Shown here piece after piece: positions 60,913 to 64,000 of a stretch of DNA of 64,000 nucleotides. The DNA is from Sphingomonas sp. (GTDB taxonomy: Bacteria > Pseudomonadota > Alphaproteobacteria > Sphingomonadales > Sphingomonadaceae). Position 1 is the first letter of the stretch. Each line of letters starts with the position of its first letter. Made by a program: the position numbers and the translations under genes. The notes under the pieces were generated by a model. The model was not told where the DNA came from. It saw nothing but the letters and a program-made list of their open reading frames with translations, and did no database searches. The DNA lies in assembly GCF_031372575.1 (NCBI RefSeq), contig NZ_JANMLM010000111.1:2750-66749 (forward strand). The letters are read 5' to 3'.

Positions 60913-61638
60913 TTAACCGAAGCTGTCTTTCATCGTCCGAAGCCGCGCAAGCTCGTCTGCGTCGCGCGCCCGCATGAACGGGTTGGTGGCTTTCTCCTCG
61001 CCGATGGACGTGGGCAGAGTAACCTCGCCGCGATCCCGCATTTCCGCCATTTTCTTTAATCTCGACGTAACCGCTGCATTATCCGGTTCAACATGCGCCG
61101 CGAACCGCGCATTGGCCAAACTATATTCATGCCCGCAATAAATCAGCACATCGTCGGGCAATGCCGCAAAGCGTTGCATATTGGCGAACATCTGCTCGGC
61201 GGTGCCTTCGAACAACCGCCCGCAGCCCATTGCGAACAAGGTGTCGCCGGTGAAGATCATCTTCGCCGCCTTGAAATACAGGGCGACATGCCCCGCCGTA
61301 TGCGCCGGAATGTCCCACACTTCGGCCTCGAGATCGCCGACCGTGACCCGGTCGCCCTCGGCAATCACGCGATCGACCGCGCTGACCTTCTTGGCTTCGG
61401 CGGGCGCGATGACCGGCGCGCCGGTCGCAGCCTTGATCCCGGCGTTGCCGCCGGTGTGATCGGGGTGCCAGTGGGTGTTGAGGCTATGCGTGATCGCCCA
61501 GCCGCGCTGTTCGGCGGCAGCAAGCGCGGGCGCGTCCTGCCCCGGATCGACCACAGCCACGCTGCCGCTGACGGGATCGCGAAACATCCAGATGTAATTG
61601 TCGGACAGCGCGGGGACGGGGATGACCTCGATTTCCAT
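60913..61638 (-). CDS. gloB: Hydroxyacylglutathione hydrolase (glyoxalase II)
   Basis: DNYIW, THWHPDHTGG, GDTLF..GCGRLFEG and CGHEY. Confidence 0.95.
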   Translation of the reverse strand: MEIEVIPVPALSDNYIWMFRDPVSGSVAVVDPGQDAPALAAAEQRGWAITHSLNTHWHPDHTGGNAGIKAATGAPVIAPAEAKKVSAVDRVIAEGDRVTVGDLEAEVWDIPAHTAGHVALYFKAAKMIFTGDTLFAMGCGRLFEGTAEQMFANMQRFAALPDDVLIYCGHEYSLANARFAAHVEPDNAAVTSRLKKMAEMRDRGEVTLPTSIGEEKATNPFMRARDADELARLRTMKDSFG

Positions 61639-62051
61639 CACCATTCGCCTGTATTGGCCATCAACGCCCATGGCTCTGCCGGGGGCAACGCCTCGCCTTT
61701 CTGGAGCAACTCGACGGAGATTAAATCGGGGGTTCGGACAAATGCCATATGGCCGTCGCGCGGCGGGCGGTTGATCGTCACTCCGGCGTCGGACAATCGC
61801 TGGCAGGTCGCGTAAATATCGTCGACCAGGAACGCGAGGTGGCCGAAATTGCGCCCGCCACCATAGCCTGCCTCGCCCCAATTGTGGGTCAGCTCGATTT
61901 CGGCTTCGTCGCCCGGAAAGCCGAGGAAGATCAAAGTGAACTTGCCGGTCGGAGCATCGCGCCGCCGCCGCTCTTCCAGCCCGAGCAGTTGGAAAAATGC
62001 CACAGTCGCCTGCGGATCGGACACGCGAAGCATGGAATGGAGAAATTTCAT
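61638..62051 (-). CDS. gloA: Lactoylglutathione lyase (glyoxalase I, VOC)
   Basis: FLHSMLRV, ELTHNW, FGHLA and RPPRDG..AF. Confidence 0.9.
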   Translation of the reverse strand: MKFLHSMLRVSDPQATVAFFQLLGLEERRRRDAPTGKFTLIFLGFPGDEAEIELTHNWGEAGYGGGRNFGHLAFLVDDIYATCQRLSDAGVTINRPPRDGHMAFVRTPDLISVELLQKGEALPPAEPWALMANTGEW

Positions 62052-62162
62052 TAGGTCTGGACTCCGTTCATCGCTATTTAAGCACGGTTCGTCGACGGTC
62101 CGAGACCGGCAATCGTGCCCGGTGGCCGTCGTTATGAGACGACGAACCAAGAGTGTGGTTCC

Positions 62163-62900
62163 ATGCAGACCATGTTTCAAGGCAATCGCGGCGCAATCAT
62201 CGCCGCCGTAGGACTTTTCTCGATTGGGCTGGCGACCAGCGGCTATCTGTTGGGGGACGGCCTGCGCCGTGCGAAAAGCGCCGAACGGTCGATTTCGGTG
62301 CGCGGTGTATCCGAACGCGATGTCACCGCCGATCTGGCGACCTGGACGATCAGTTTCTCGCAGGAAGGGCCCGAACTCAACTCGGTCAACGGCCGGGTCG
62401 AGCAGCAAAGCGCCGCGGTGCGTCAATTCTTTGCTGCGGCCGGGTTCAAGCCGACCGAGATCAGCGACAGTGGGGTCAGCTTCAACCGCAGCCACACCAC
62501 CAACGACGAGGGCAAAAGGATTGAGACGGTGGTGACCGTGAAGCGGTCGGTCGAGCTTCGCACCGCCGATGTGATGAAGGTCCGCGCCGCGCACGGCAAG
62601 CTCGCCGCCTTGCTCAATGACGGGGTCGAACTCGACGGCAGCAGCCTGAGTTACAATTTCACCCGGCTAAACCAGCTCAAGCCCGAGATGATCGCCGAAG
62701 CGACCAAGCGCGCCTGCGCCAGCGCCGAGCAATTCGCCCATGACAGCGGGTCGCACGTCGGCCAGATCCGCACCGCCAGCCAGGGCTATTTTTCGGTCGG
62801 TGCGCGCGATGGTGCCGATGGCGAGGAAGCAAGCGCCACCGATTCGCCGTTCCAGAAGGTCCGGGTGGTGACCTCGGTCGATTACGATGTCGCCGGTTAG
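62163..62900 (+). CDS. SIMPL (DUF541) domain protein
   Basis: N-terminal TM, VRGVSER.V.ADLA.W, A..RA..FA.DSG and K.VRVV.SVDY. Confidence 0.85.
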   Translation: MQTMFQGNRGAIIAAVGLFSIGLATSGYLLGDGLRRAKSAERSISVRGVSERDVTADLATWTISFSQEGPELNSVNGRVEQQSAAVRQFFAAAGFKPTEISDSGVSFNRSHTTNDEGKRIETVVTVKRSVELRTADVMKVRAAHGKLAALLNDGVELDGSSLSYNFTRLNQLKPEMIAEATKRACASAEQFAHDSGSHVGQIRTASQGYFSVGARDGADGEEASATDSPFQKVRVVTSVDYDVAG

Positions 62901-62906
62901 GCCCGC

Positions 62907-63629
62907 TTAGCGGTGCCCCGGCCCCTCGCCGTCGCCATCGGGTCGCGCCGCGACCTGGTTGGTGACGGTGAGCGGGACGTCGAGCATGCCCAAGGCCCGT
63001 CGCGCGGCCTGGCCGCTTGCGCTGTTAGGGTCGGCGGCGACGGCGCGGGTCCAAAACTCCCGCGCCTTGCTGTCTTCGCCGGCGAATTGATAAACATGGC
63101 CGGCTTCGAACAGCACCGACGGGTCGTTGGGGATCATCGTCAGCGCGCGATTGATCGCTACCTTGGCGCCCGCCGGATCATTCTCGCGGATCGCCAGCGC
63201 GGCGCTGAAATACCACAGGAACGGGTCTTCATTGATCGACGGAATGGCGAGGTTGAGCTTGGCCCGCGCGGTCTTCAGATCGCCTTGCGCTTCGGCGGCG
63301 CGCGCCCGGTCGAGCAGGGCCAACCCGCGCTGGTCGGCCAGCAAGCCCGATCCTGACAAGGCGCGGTCAAGCGCGAGCGCGGCCTTGCCCGGCTGGCCCG
63401 CAGCGATCCACATATTGCCCGCTGCGGCGAGCATCCGGTCGGCCGCCGGATCGCCCGGCTTGGCCAGCCCGGCGGCGCGCTCGAACTCGGTTGCGGCATC
63501 GGCGAACTTGCCCGATTGCTCGGCAGCGACCGCGCGGCACAGGGTCGCTGCGCTGGTCGAATCGGCGGGGCAAGCGGCGGCGTCGGGGGCGGCAGCAGCA
63601 ATGGTGGCGGCAATCAGGATCGTGATCAT
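62907..63629 (-). CDS. Exported TPR-repeat protein
   Basis: Signal peptide followed by Ala-rich TPR-like helical repeats. Confidence 0.8.
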   Translation of the reverse strand: MITILIAATIAAAAPDAAACPADSTSAATLCRAVAAEQSGKFADAATEFERAAGLAKPGDPAADRMLAAAGNMWIAAGQPGKAALALDRALSGSGLLADQRGLALLDRARAAEAQGDLKTARAKLNLAIPSINEDPFLWYFSAALAIRENDPAGAKVAINRALTMIPNDPSVLFEAGHVYQFAGEDSKAREFWTRAVAADPNSASGQAARRALGMLDVPLTVTNQVAARPDGDGEGPGHR

Positions 63630-64000
63630 GATAGTCTCTCAGCTAGGACCGCGATCGTGCGCAGGATCGCTTCAATCTCGTGCGGCTCCGACAAGCGGTG
63701 CGTGCCCCATTTGATCAAGGTCAGCTGGACATCGCCTGAATGGATTGAATCGAGCAATTTGAACGGCACCCCAACCGGCACTTCTTCATCCTTGTCGCCG
63801 TGGATCAGCCGCACCGGACAATCGATCGCGATCGGGCTGTGCAGTATCCTGAGCGCGGTCCCCGACGCAACGAACCGCGCATGGGTGACGCGTGGCGGCC
63901 CGCCGGTGGGGTCGGGCGTCTCGAACCTGGCGGTGTCGACCAACGACTGGCGCTGCTCGGGCGTATAGCCCCAGTCGGTAAAGTCGGGCGCAGCGGCGAT
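63626..64000 (-). CDS. Alpha/beta hydrolase (5' end outside the window)
   Basis: AAPDFTDW, PVRLIHG.KDEEVP and HRLS. Confidence 0.8.
   Translation of the reverse strand: MAAAPDFTDWGYTPEQRQSLVDTARFETPDPTGGPPRVTHARFVASGTALRILHSPIAIDCPVRLIHGDKDEEVPVGVPFKLLDSIHSGDVQLTLIKWGTHRLSEPHEIEAILRTIAVLAERLS

Noticed and set aside
62086-62092. tRNA T-loop-like GGTTCG
   Set aside because: No cloverleaf, D-arm or acceptor stem can be built around it.

Overview
This is a high-GC alphaproteobacterial chromosome segment, most like Sphingomonadaceae. I found no rRNA, tRNA, CRISPR array, integrase or transposase. Bases 1-14.6 kb hold an accessory peptide/D-amino-acid utilisation island: a TonB receptor, two beta-lactamase-fold hydrolases, a lipoprotein D-aminoacylase with an atypical metal site, POT and YkvI transporters, a DgcA-like epimerase, a DgcN/DUF1611 gene broken by a 1-bp frameshift, and an XRE-cupin regulator. 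A shared 31-bp palindrome sits at both of the island's promoters. The island's right edge is a mosaic of REP-like elements plus a triplicated 39-bp gene end. Next come an NfrB/NfrA-like glycan export pair, co-oriented with TauE, TIGR02186 and a HerA-like ATPase and divergent from a Flp pilin with a CtrA box. The window also has an extracytoplasmic glycosylation locus (GtrA, GtrB-like GT2, two tandem GT-C-like paralogues, an STT3/AglB-like protein, a methyltransferase), egtBD, an HNH gene with a structured leader followed by an orphan Tdi1-like immunity gene, hsp20 with an RpoH promoter and ROSE thermometer, and the suf operon carrying an inserted ORF. The rest is housekeeping genes (rlmN, cfa, argG, argH, folD, galU, dapD, pyrD, ggt, gloA/gloB). 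All family calls come from motif recognition by eye, not from database searches.
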